Source: Glycera tridactyla
Lineage: Eukaryota
Direction: 5' to 3'
Length of the DNA: 64,000 bases
Assembly: GCA_965644265.1 (NCBI GenBank)
Contig: OZ286460.1
Location: forward strand, 89,094,001 to 89,158,000
The notes below the pieces were generated by a model. The model made no database searches and was not told where the DNA came from. It saw only the letters and a list, made by a program, of their open reading frames with translations. Each line of letters begins with the position of its first letter. Within the stretch, counting starts at the first letter, position 1. A program made the translations under genes and the position numbers. Shown piece after piece: positions 13,316 through 24,286 of the stretch.

Positions 13316-14114
13316 TACTTAATTTTAGAGGGACCGAGTATCCACATGGATCCACTGGCTGTCTTCGAGGAGCTGTGGCTGGAATTGGACAGGAGTCAAG
13401 ATTCCTTCAATCGTGGCTGCACCGCCAGGTCTACCTTCTTCATGGGTCTGAGATCTAAAGTGCCCGAGACTGAGACCTGGTATTTCACTGATCATGACCT
13501 CCCCAACATTGCTGCAGTTGTTCACGGTTTTGCTGATGTGGTCATTGTGCTGCATGGGAGTGGTGTTATCTTTTTCACTCGTGATTTGTCTTCATATCCG
13601 GTGATGTCAGTGTATCTGCAGAGATCCAAATTCACAACTCCACATTGTCCACTACTCACTGGGCCCAGAATTCTCTGGTGTGGGCCTTATTTCCTTTTCT
13701 CTTGAGTAATATAAAGGGCAGAATGTGTGATGGAGTGATGGGGTTCGAAATGTAGAGGGCACACTCAGATGCTATGATTTTCAGAAAAAAAAATATACCG
13801 AGGGAGTTGTTGTCATTTAGAAAACTGTGCCATCTGAGCACCCAGCATGACAAGTATAAAGAGCAAGTGCGTCCATGGATCCAATTTCTACTTTCATCTT
13901 GTAAATTCCAGCTCTGTACCTGTTAACAAGAATACATGAACAGTTTGGCAAACAATGTCATGATAAAAACCGAGTATGATAGTGATACTGCACACACCCT
14001 TTATTTGCTGAGGCTTTTTGAAATCTGATGTAAAGCTACATTAGGTCTTCCACAAACATGACAATTCTGGGGACCAACCAACCTTCACAAGTAGCTAAGA
14101 CATCTGCAATAAGG

Positions 14115-14230
14115 TTGGTTGGTTGATCGGTTCTGGTCTGATGTCATATCAGTGCCATATGTGCTATATTGTGACGCCCATGCAATGGCCGTGGGTAGGA
14201 TCCTTCAAGACTCCTTCTTCTGGGTGTCTA
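14115..14230 (-). mobile_element. Second SINE-like family with (CCAA)n/(CAAA)n tail
   Basis: Shares GCTATATTGTGACGCCCA...GGATC.TCAAGACTCCT.CTTCTGGGT with 6420-6530; a tail fragment lies at 11140-11185. Confidence 0.5.
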
Positions 14231-14946
14231 ACAGAAGGTGGAATGATATGATTCACATTTACTCAAGGTGTCATTTCGTAGCTCTGTTGTCTGGATGCTT
14301 AACACCACTCTGCATATCAGCTGAGGTCTCCAATGATAATCTATGTGCTACTGTGACAACTGTTTTGAGGTAGTCCAACCAGACATATGCCTATCTCTCA
14401 GGCATTGCCGAACCAGATATTGTGCTTGTTAGCTGACCAAGCAGCCAGCTGGCATCTGCAACGATCACCAACACAAGTACTTCAACTATTAGGTGACACT
14501 CTGATGTGTCATCATTCCTCCAATTAGACTGTGACTCTATTCTTTATCAATCAGTAAATCATTGTTGTCAACTTGATGAATCTTCCCAATTTTGAATATG
14601 AAAACAGAAAACACACTAGAACACTTAATTTCCAATCTCTTTTATCTGGCTTACTGAAACGGTCGTTGAATCTAATTCTGATTGTTTGTTCTGGTGGATC
14701 TTTTGTCCCTAGGTAATAAAGACTTCATCAGGCAGTTTGTAAGGCTATCAGATTAGGTTCAAGAGACCAGTTTCAGAAGAGAGTGGAAATTGAATATGTG
14801 AATGCTTGAGATACATCCTCGCATGTTTGTATTCTGCTGTTCTCAATGAATTCAAGATCTGGAGTAGTTCAATAATATATCTTATTTTGATACTGTAGAT
14901 TTTCATTTTAACCCTTGGGTGAAATGTTTCATACAATCAAACTTAC

Positions 14947-17900
14947 CTTTATGCCGATTCACTGCCCTTTTGAAAAATCTTGGCTCTATGAAACCATCCT
15001 CGTTTCCGGAGCTCAATATCACATTATTGCTTGATAGGAAAAATTGAATACCCGCTGCAAAAGAATGTCATGGCAGATTAGTCTCAGGATCATATCTGAA
15101 CAAAATCTATGGCATCATTTATTCAGACTGAATTAATGAGATATCTTGGTGTCCATGGTGTGTTTGTTATAAATGGCTCATTACAATGAAACATGATGCA
15201 TTCTGATAATAAATCAGTCCGTGGCATAATAGTGAGAAACCATGCCTGTGAAATATTCAAGTTATATCCCACAAGGTGAGAGTCACGGCGGGAGTTCACA
15301 AGGTCGAAAGTATGTTTGAATGTACACATACCCTGTGTTTGAGTGTGTGTGTGGGGAAGGGGGGGGGGGGAGTGGAAGATTGGTGAGGGGGACCAACCTT
15401 CAACAACCAAAATCATTAAAGATGCAAATGTTTGAAAATCCACTATAATCTACTCATTTTATCGGGAATGACTCATTGGTGAAGTGAATTGCTGGTATTG
15501 AGCAATTGACACATTTCATTGACCTGTTGCTATGCATCACATCACTAACATGAATTTAATGAAAAAGTGTGTGTGTATGTTACAATGTGTGTCAGGGCTC
15601 TACGCTAATGGTTGCCTTACTGGCAATGTAGAGCCCTGTGTGTGCATGCGTGCGTGCGTGCGTGCATGCGTTCTTGCATCTGAGTAGTCAATGACCCTCA
15701 AGTCCTTGAATACTGATCGGTCTGAATTCAGGAATCTTGTGAATAGGATTGGAAGAAAAACAACATGTACAATAGAGGACAAGGGAAATATTTTAGAAGA
15801 ATGAGAGAGCTAACCATCAAGAGCTGCCTTGAGATCGATGTATACAAGAACATCACAGCTTCCACGCATACCTGAGGAAGACAGAAGATCAGCAAGTTCT
15901 CATCACAGTTCTGACTGTGAATATGCATATATACAGTGAAAACTGCAATGACAGACCCCCAGTGAGAGACCACCTTGAACTAAAGACCACTTTTACCGGA
16001 CAACTTTTGTATTTAACATAGTCAAATATACCTCTGATGAGAGACAAATTTTTGGTGACATTTAGGGTGGTCTCTTGTTGCAGGTTTCACTGTATACAGT
16101 GAAACCTGCGACGAGAGACCGCCCTAAATGTCACCAAAAAGCGGTCTCTCAAAAGAGGTGGTCTCTCGTGGGAGGTGTATTTGACTCTGTCAAATAGAAA
16201 AGCTGCCCTGGAAAAGCGGTCTCCCGTTGGAGGTGGTCTCTCGTCGGGGGGTCTCTCTTCGCAGGTTTCACTGTATATATCTATGGATAAATAACAAATG
16301 AATGAATTGCATCAAAAGAAAAGTGTCCCATCATTGGCATGATTGTCCATATGAGTTTGGCCCATATCCATGGATAACATCTTGTGCTGTGGTATCAAAT
16401 GTGTGACCCTGAAAATAGCTCCCAAGATTTCAACCTACAACCTAGGGTCACAAACATTGAAGAGGAAAGATCCCACCATCACCACACTACCCAATATCAG
16501 TATGGTTCATATCCATCACAGCTAGTTCGAGTTTTTTTCTGAAAATCTAAAATTACACCTGTGACCTTGACCTTCGACAATGGGTCATATGCATTGAAGG
16601 GAAACGTTCTATCATTGGTTGATCATCACGTATCAGTTTGGTGTATGATGGACAAAACATTTTTTTAAAAACTGTTTGATCATCATGAGTAATTGCTATC
16701 GCAAGCTTGCTTGTCAAGGAGTCCACATTATAGGATACAGATAAGGTACCAGTGCTCTTCATCAACAGTCCAAAACATGCAGGTGTTACAAATCATGAAA
16801 CATCTCTGACTATACCGATGTAGGTTACCAACTGTTGATGAGTCATTGTAATGATTCTGATTCTGAACATACATGAAAAAGATATAGATTTCTTGGAGTA
16901 TTGCCATGCATGAAATGCCAAAATATTGGTTAGAAGAGATTACCGATACACATATTCGTAATCACTCCCTCAAAGGGCTATCGAAATTCATGACATTATA
17001 TCTTAAGTCCTTACCACTTATAACTCCTGATTCCCCAGGCTCACCACCTGCCATATGGATGTGGTTTCGCTTCATCCGACCCAATCCCTGAAAGATTTCA
17101 AGGTGAATATTACTATGAATGAGAGTGATGTTTTCTCTCGCTATGTCAACTGAGAAGTAATGAATTAATTTAGCTCCTATGAAGAAGTATCCAAAATTAT
17201 GCACATGATCAGGATGGAGCATCAAAGTTTGTTTTGATCATTCTCAGCACAAGGTCATCTCAAGAAATGCTCTAAATGCAATGCGAGGATGTGCAAACAC
17301 ATAGCATGCTTGCTGCATATAAAGTTGGCAAAATTGATTTACAACAAATAATGAATAAATGTGACTGCAGTAGTGTAGGTGCAATAATCAGTTGGAACCA
17401 CCCAGACAAAAGTAGGGGTGAAAAAATCTGGAATTTGGGAGTAGCTGCAGAACTAGACTAGGAGTAGGGGGTACTGACAAAATCAGAATTTGTGAGTGGA
17501 GGCATTGATGTTAGACCCCCTGCAATTGGAATTCTGGGGTTTTAAGAATTTTGAGGTCATTGAAGACAGTAGTAAAGAGCTGTTAATATCTAGTTTGGGC
17601 AGTAAAGCAAAAATTATTTATTGAGGTGTTGGGGAGCCGGTCTTGAAGCGAAATGAAAAAGCGGGGATGGGGGGGGGTGTCTGAAAAATCGAAAGTGGGG
17701 GCGATATTAGGGGAAAATCAGAAAGCCGGGGTGTGTGATGATGGGAAAATAGGAAAAGCGGGGGAGGGGCGGCAATCAGAACTTTCGTGTTGAAAACCAA
17801 CCTACAACACCAAATCCGGCGACTATAAGTCAATATATTGCCGTCTGTTCGTCAAAAGACTGCGTGAACTTTTTTCAATAGGCACACGAATAATGCGAAA

Positions 17901-20900
17901 AAAGGGCCGGTTTCTCTTGTAAATGACGATTTAGTGACAGAAAAATGTCAATCATCGAGAAATACGATGAATATCCACGAACGGAACCGAAATAATTTCG
18001 TATGTTGGTGGTCACGTCTGATGTGTATCACGGGCGCTGTCGGATTCGGGACAAATTATTCGGATCTGGCCCGCCATCTACTGGCCAACCCCGGAGTTGT
18101 AGACCCCAAACACGAGATGGCGGGTCAAATTATTCGAGAAACACGTGTCCAACACGCAGCCCGCCATCTTGAATGCAATTTCGATTCTAGCGTGAATTCG
18201 GGGATTCTTGGGATAAAATACTGACAGATTCTGGTTTATTCTTGGGAATTGCGATTGACCGTCAGAATAATGTCAATTATCAAGAAATTCAACGTATTTG
18301 TCATCTCTTAGCCTCGTTTTCGGGAAGCGGGGGGTTGGGGAAAATTATTTCAGCAAAATGGAAATAAATTTAGCAATTCAGAAAGCATCATATTGGAATC
18401 AAAAAGCATTTCATTGAATCACTTCACAAACATGGAAATTTAATGGCACTCTTATGCCAAATTGATTTCTCTGGATGGAATTAGAAAAAAAAAAATCATC
18501 CACAATGAACCTGCAACACCAGCTTTCTGCCATCAAGATTGAAAATTACCTCAGCAAACCATCTTAGCAAATCAATTCTTTCTCTAACATTTGACTTGAC
18601 TGATTAGCTATAGCTAAAGCGCTATAATCTGTGGAGGGAACCTTGTCATGTCCACAGAGTGTAATCAAGAAAGTATGCAGAAAGCAAAAGACAGCAAAAG
18701 GAATTTCCTATCCTCTATTCAAATTGGTAATAATCTCCATGATCAAGACAACAGGTTACAGCTGTATATCAGCCTATAATGCTGGATAGTCACGTTATAA
18801 TGTTGTCTTTATTCACGTATGTCTTCTGTCAAAATGGAGTAATGTCTATTGGCTAAGGCTGGATGGTGAGAAATGGGCTGAATGTCACACAATACCTGGG
18901 ATTTGATGCTGTCCCAGCATTTGAAGTAGGTTCCATGCACTACTACAGGGAAGTCATCAACAGATGTGATGGGCACGAGGTCAAGTCCTTCTACCTGAAA
19001 ATAAATTTTGGAAATATATATCAGGACTTGGGTAACCCTCAATCAACTTTCCTAGCAAAAAATGATCTGAGGAAGTCTGAAATTGCAAGGAACTGTTCAT
19101 TTAGGAAATTACACTTTCATTTAACACAACAGAACCAGATTTCAAACTCATATTTGTATTTCCCAACAATGAGAGTATCATCAGATTCGGCCACTTGGGG
19201 AAAATACATGTAATTTATCCAGTGCACAACAGGTTGTTATTGGTTACTTCTTCATTTGACAAATTGAAGGTCATGAGAAATACTTCCTTTCAGTACAACC
19301 ACATTACCATTTAAAAGCCTCTCATCTTTTAGCAATGAAAATACTGATTACAGAACAATCCATCTCAAGTATCAGCTGATACCATTGTAAACAAAGGCTC
19401 GTAAGTATTCCACAGATGAAGAACATCATTTTTTTTTTGGGGGGGGGGGGGCAGGTAGCTTCAAACAAAGCATTGAGGAAGTGGCACTCGAGATTTTCTT
19501 ATTAGAGTGAAACCTGTGACGAGACCACCCTTAAAGTGTCAGCGACCCCTACGGGACCACTTTGCACGAATGGCAAGGGTAATACATACACTATACAATA
19601 AACTTGATGATTTCTAGACGAGAGTTCGCATTTATCCGAAGAAATGACCTAAACAGTGGATGTTTTGACGAATTCTCCTTACGGATTCGCAGCCAGCGAT
19701 GAGTAAGAAACCGGAAGTGACGTAGTAGTAGGATCTCATGAAGCTTTCACGCGACGCGAAATACATTGAGAAAGCCTGCCAAGGCTAGACATTGTGTACG
19801 AAAAAAAAATCTGATGAAGCCAATTTCGAAGATAGATTCGTCAAACTCGCCATGCTTATACAGAACTTCCTCGCGAATGCGATGATATACATGGATTTTC
19901 GATTGGATTCGTATTTTTCTCACAACACAAGGGTGAATGGAGATTTATCGGCCGAAAACCGGCGAAACTCTGATCCATGCAGATTGACAACTACTCTCGC
20001 ACATTTGTGCAGTGAAATACACAACTTATATGTCAAATCCCCCTATACGAATAATCGTGATGGTGAAATAGTCATCATTCAAGCATTCCCTGTATCATTC
20101 GTCTTGTTTGAGCAGCTGAGCGATGTTTAATCAAAATATAATCAACTGCGAACGAAGTATTCAGCAGTCGCGAGCCGCCATGTTTGCTTCGCAGCCTCGT
20201 TTCCAGATTGAGCCGAGACTGGCCGAATTGGCTTCGGCAATGTTCGGCTCACTTTTTCACGTGTGTGCGTGCGCTTTCGGCTGCTTAGCCCCGCCCCTTT
20301 TCAACTTCGGCTCTTCTCGGCCGTCTTCTTCCTCGCGAGCATGATATGCAGTTTTCTCACGGCCATCGATGTGAATTCACTCTCCATTTGTGAAGAAAAT
20401 AAACGTCTGCGCAAGCATCCGACTCGTCAGACACTTTGTTGTAGGTGTTCTGCCTCTTTCTGTCGATTTTTCGTGACTTGAATCGTAATAGTGAAGGTAT
20501 AGCGATTTTTCTAGTACAACGCTGTCGGACTTGTATGGCAAGATGTGTTTCAATGGAGCCCTTTCTTCACGTAATTTTTGTCTTACGACTCTCCTGTTGG
20601 AACAGATAATGATTCTTTCGCAAATCAAAGATGGTGGGTGTATGCATTACGATGTTTTCATCACATGTACCACGTTTCTGATGCAAATACCAAATATTCG
20701 AGGCACAGCGAATTCTTTCCTATACGATGTCCTGATCATTGCTGGCTTCTCTCAGGTTATTCGCCGGTAGGCGGCTTCCCCATGTGTTCCTAGTGAAACG
20801 TCACAACATGGCGGCAGCCTCGAATGTAAATAAACAATCAAGGCGCCCGATTTTTCGAATTTCGTTTTAGAATTAAAATACCATGTGGCGATATTTGGCA

Positions 20901-23900
20901 GGGACGGCTGGATAGATAGGCGTCAGATAACCTATTGCATAGAATTAATTGAGAAAACCAGACATTCATTTAGGCGTCGGTTCCACTTTAATGTCATCAA
21001 AAATTGGTCTCTCAAGAGATGGTCTTTTGTCAGAGGTATATTTGACATAGTCACATAAAATAGTTGCCCGAGAAAGCGGTCTCCCATCAGCGGTGGTCTG
21101 TCATCAAGTGGACACCCGTCACAGGCTTCACTGTACCAATGGATGAAATGTTGCACATACTTCAATTGTGTGACCTTGATTGGCTCTAATACGAAGGCGG
21201 CCATTCTCGGGATGTGGTTCCATGTGGAATCGCTTCTTCTCATTGTTGTCCACAACACGCTTCACATCTTCAGCGGAAAATTGACCTTTAACTTGCGACA
21301 GAACTTCATCAACATACAGAAATCCTCCTGGAGAAAGAAATTGCACGCACATTCATCTGGGATAATTCAAAGGGATTGTATGATCAGGACCCTCAAATGC
21401 AATTTGACTTCACCCTCATCTTTTACTGGAAAGCACTGTAAATGGCCGAAATGTCAAGCCGGTTCTTGTGTCATGCCAAAAGCTAGATATTTTGGCCCTG
21501 GAATGGGACTTCTTTCAGGCTATATTCTTCATGTCAAATTTGAGCTAGGGTTCTGAATATGAGTAGAAGCCACTCACTCTGGGCCACCACAAATAGTTAG
21601 AAGAATTTGAAAATCCTGAAACCTGCCTAAAGGTATTCTCATAGTTTTTGTGGACCATGCAAACCCAAATAACTGCCAACTAATGACTACTATGAAACAA
21701 GATGAGCAAAATGACACTCATCAAATCACCGGCATGTCTATCTATGCACAATTTGGTGCAATTTTCATGGTGTAAACAGCAAATTGATCAAAATTGCAAG
21801 AGAATGGAAATCTGCTGATCCATGGAACAATCACGATTATCAAATAAAATCAATACAATCCCCGTGGTGAGACTGCCATGGGATATAATCATGAGGCCGA
21901 AGGCTGGCTGAGATTCCTTGGCAGTACCACTGAGTGGTATTTGGGATATAACTGAATGAAGACCATGGTGAATCATGTCATGAAATGGAATGAGCACGAT
22001 GGGAGAAAATGATCTGGCAATTCTTACCCTCCTGGAGTTTCAAGCCAGATTTCTCGGCCCCATGACGTAGAAGCCATGACATGGATTTGGAGAGGCGAAC
22101 ATCTGGATCATCCTACAAAACATCAATGAATGATCAATTATGTTCAGCTGCAACAACTCATCTGGGGTGTTTTGACAAACACCAATGAATTGTATGTGAT
22201 GACTTACAGCAGGTAGGAGGAGGTCCAAAATACAGGGGGTCTCTGTAGAGAGGTCGCATAAATGCTACTGCAGTTATCATTCTGGAGTGGCCTATATGGA
22301 AAGGCAGCCTCCAAGCTGAAACTCAAGCCTAAATGTGATCTTTCATTCTGAAATAATGTTCTAGGGAAGAAATATACATCAGGTGTGGCAAATGCTCAAC
22401 CAATGTGATCAATTATGAACTGTCACCTTCAAACCAGCTCATAAACATTTATTTGCACTCTATTCAGTGGAAGCTGGTACCAAAGACCACCTCTTTTGAG
22501 AGACCACTTTCCAGGAGTCCGCTTTAATAGTCGAATATAGCTCTGACAAGAAACCACCTGTTTTGTGAGACCACTTTTTGTGTCATTCAGGGCAGTCACT
22601 CATCACCAGATTTTGATGTAGTATGATGAATCAAAGTTTCTAGCACACTTATATTAGTCAAGGCCCTGGTAACCCAGAATTTGTAACCCTGGTACCCAGC
22701 ATGCACAGTGCCACTACTGCTATAGGCAACCCAGCAGCTACAGTGAAACCTGTGACGAGAGACCACCTCCGTCGGGAGACCGCTTTTCCAGGGAACCTTT
22801 TCTTATTGACATAGTCAACTACACCTCTGACGAGAGACCACCTCTGAAGAAAGACCACTTTTGGGTGACATTTAGGGTGGTCTCTCATCGCAGGTTTCAC
22901 TGTACCATGGTACCTAAATGACAGAATATTCCACAACAGATTCAATAAGAGTGTCCTGGGAAGGAATAAATTTACTATTCTCTCGGACTACATTCATAGA
23001 TCATAGGTAAATTGGCAAAATGAATGCATAGCAGTGACTTGTATATACAGTCGAACCTGCTCTAAAGACCACCTCTCTGTAAAGACCACCTCCATATAAA
23101 GACCACCTGAGCTGCGACCGTGGTAGTATTTTTAACAGTAAATGACCTCTCTATAAAGACCACCTGCCTATAAAGACCACTTTTTGATGTGACCGAAGGC
23201 GGTCTTTATAGACAGGTTCGACTGTATATAATCTCTGGATGTACTACTCAGGTTCCCTGTGACATAATGTATCTCTCTCACAAAGTTATCAAAGTCTGAT
23301 GTTCACTATAGTGGAACCCCTGACAAGTAACCCTGTGATAAGCATGGACCCACTGACAACGAGCTAGGATCATCCGAATCTTCAGAACTATATTTCCTTT
23401 GCAGATATACCTGTCACCAGCAAGTACTCATCTTGAGGAACCAAATCTTGCCGGTGTCTGGCGGTGTTTGCTCATCGCAGGTTCCACAGTATTGATTTTC
23501 TCTTTACTGAGTTTTTCATAATTCACACACTGACAGACGAGTTTCCAATGTTTGTCATCAAAAATTTCTCACAGGGAAACATGCAATGAGGGACCATCCT
23601 AAATGTCACCAGATAGCGGTCTCTCAAAAGTGGTGGTCTCTTGTTGGAAGTATATCTATGTCAAACAGAAAAGCTGCCCTGGATAAGTCTCCCATCAGAG
23701 ATGGGGGTGGCAGGTTTCTTCGCAGGTTTCACTGTAGGCAGATGGAATTGCATTCAAATAGTGACACGGATCTCATGAAATCAAGATTCAGTTTGACTAT
23801 CTGCTGCCATGATTCCAGACTATGTAAAATAAATCAAGCTGCTCCATGGAGTCATATGTCCCACCTACGAGCAGGCAGGACAAAACTACCTGGTTGGGAT

Positions 23901-24147
23901 CTTAATCAATGTTGATGATGAGAATGATGACAACAACAGTATATATGTCTTGCCTCTATTAGAGGCAGAAATCTTCACCTCCACCCACCTCCCCTATCCA
24001 ACCCCCACTCCCCCCCCCCCCCCACACACACACAATCCCATACACTCACAGACACACACCTTCACTCCTGAGCCCACCCCACACTTCCCTACACCCACCC
24101 CTACACACACACTTGCATGTATGCACAGATGAACATACACACAGCAT

Positions 24148-24223
<76 letters not shown>

Positions 24224-24286
24224 AGAACAATGTCTCACCGACTGTCTGGACCTTCTCCCTCTTTGTCCCCTACCAGAAGCCATCAT
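14947..24286 (-). CDS. TRPT1: tRNA 2'-phosphotransferase 1 (Tpt1/KptA family), spliced; C-terminal exon unresolved
   Basis: Exons (minus): 24239-24286, 22028-22112, 21161-21327, 18896-18994, 17015-17087, 15815-15871, 14947-15054. All introns are GT-AG and all phases are compatible. Translation: MMASGRGQRGRRSRQS-DDPDVRLSKSMSWLLRHGAEKSGLKLQEG-GFLYVDEVL...RIRANQGHTIE-VEGLDL...VVHGTYFKCWDSIKSQ-GLGRMKRNHIHMA...VISG-MRGSCDVLVYIDLKAALDA-GIQFFLSSNNVILSSGNEDGFIEPRFF. It carries the family motifs LRHGA, RANQGH, HGT, RNHIH, GMR and NNVIL. The last listed exon ends phase 1 at a GTAAGT donor. Confidence 0.93.
15934..16273. mobile_element. Two adjacent family-A TA-TSD MITEs (15934-16092, 16097-16273), oppositely oriented
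   Basis: TIRs CAGTGAAA(A/C)CTG...CAGGTTTCACTG with TA flanks, separated by TATA. Internal GAGACCACC/GGTGGTCTC repeats. Termini resemble Tc1/mariner-pogo MITEs. Confidence 0.85.
19535..20987. mobile_element. Kolobok-like non-autonomous DNA transposon (TTAA TSD, AG..CT termini) nested in a MITE
   Basis: TTAA at 19531-19534 and 20988-20991. Imperfect TIR AGTGTCAGCGACCCCTA vs AGTGGAACCGACGCCTA (13/17). Removal rejoins the two halves of a family-A MITE (about 19506-19534 plus 20992-21133). Confidence 0.7.
22741..22902. mobile_element. Family-A TA-TSD MITE
   Basis: TA-CAGTGAAACCTG...CAGGTTTCACTG-TA, homologous to 16097-16273. Degenerate copies lie nearby at about 22480-22620 and 23572-23734. Confidence 0.85.
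23048..23224. mobile_element. Family-C TA-TSD MITE
   Basis: TA-CAGTCGAACCTG...CAGGTTCGACTG-TA with internal (TATAAAGACCACC) repeats. Homologous to 44160-44352 and 51112-51271. Confidence 0.85.
24151..24218. repeat. (CA)34 microsatellite
   Basis: Seen directly; begins about 20 nt into the intron after the first coding exon of TRPT1. Confidence 0.95.

Noticed and set aside
13286-13705. 139-aa plus-strand and 76-aa minus-strand ORFs
   Set aside because: No recognisable domain or splice context; partly MITE and duplicated sequence, possibly a decayed retroelement.
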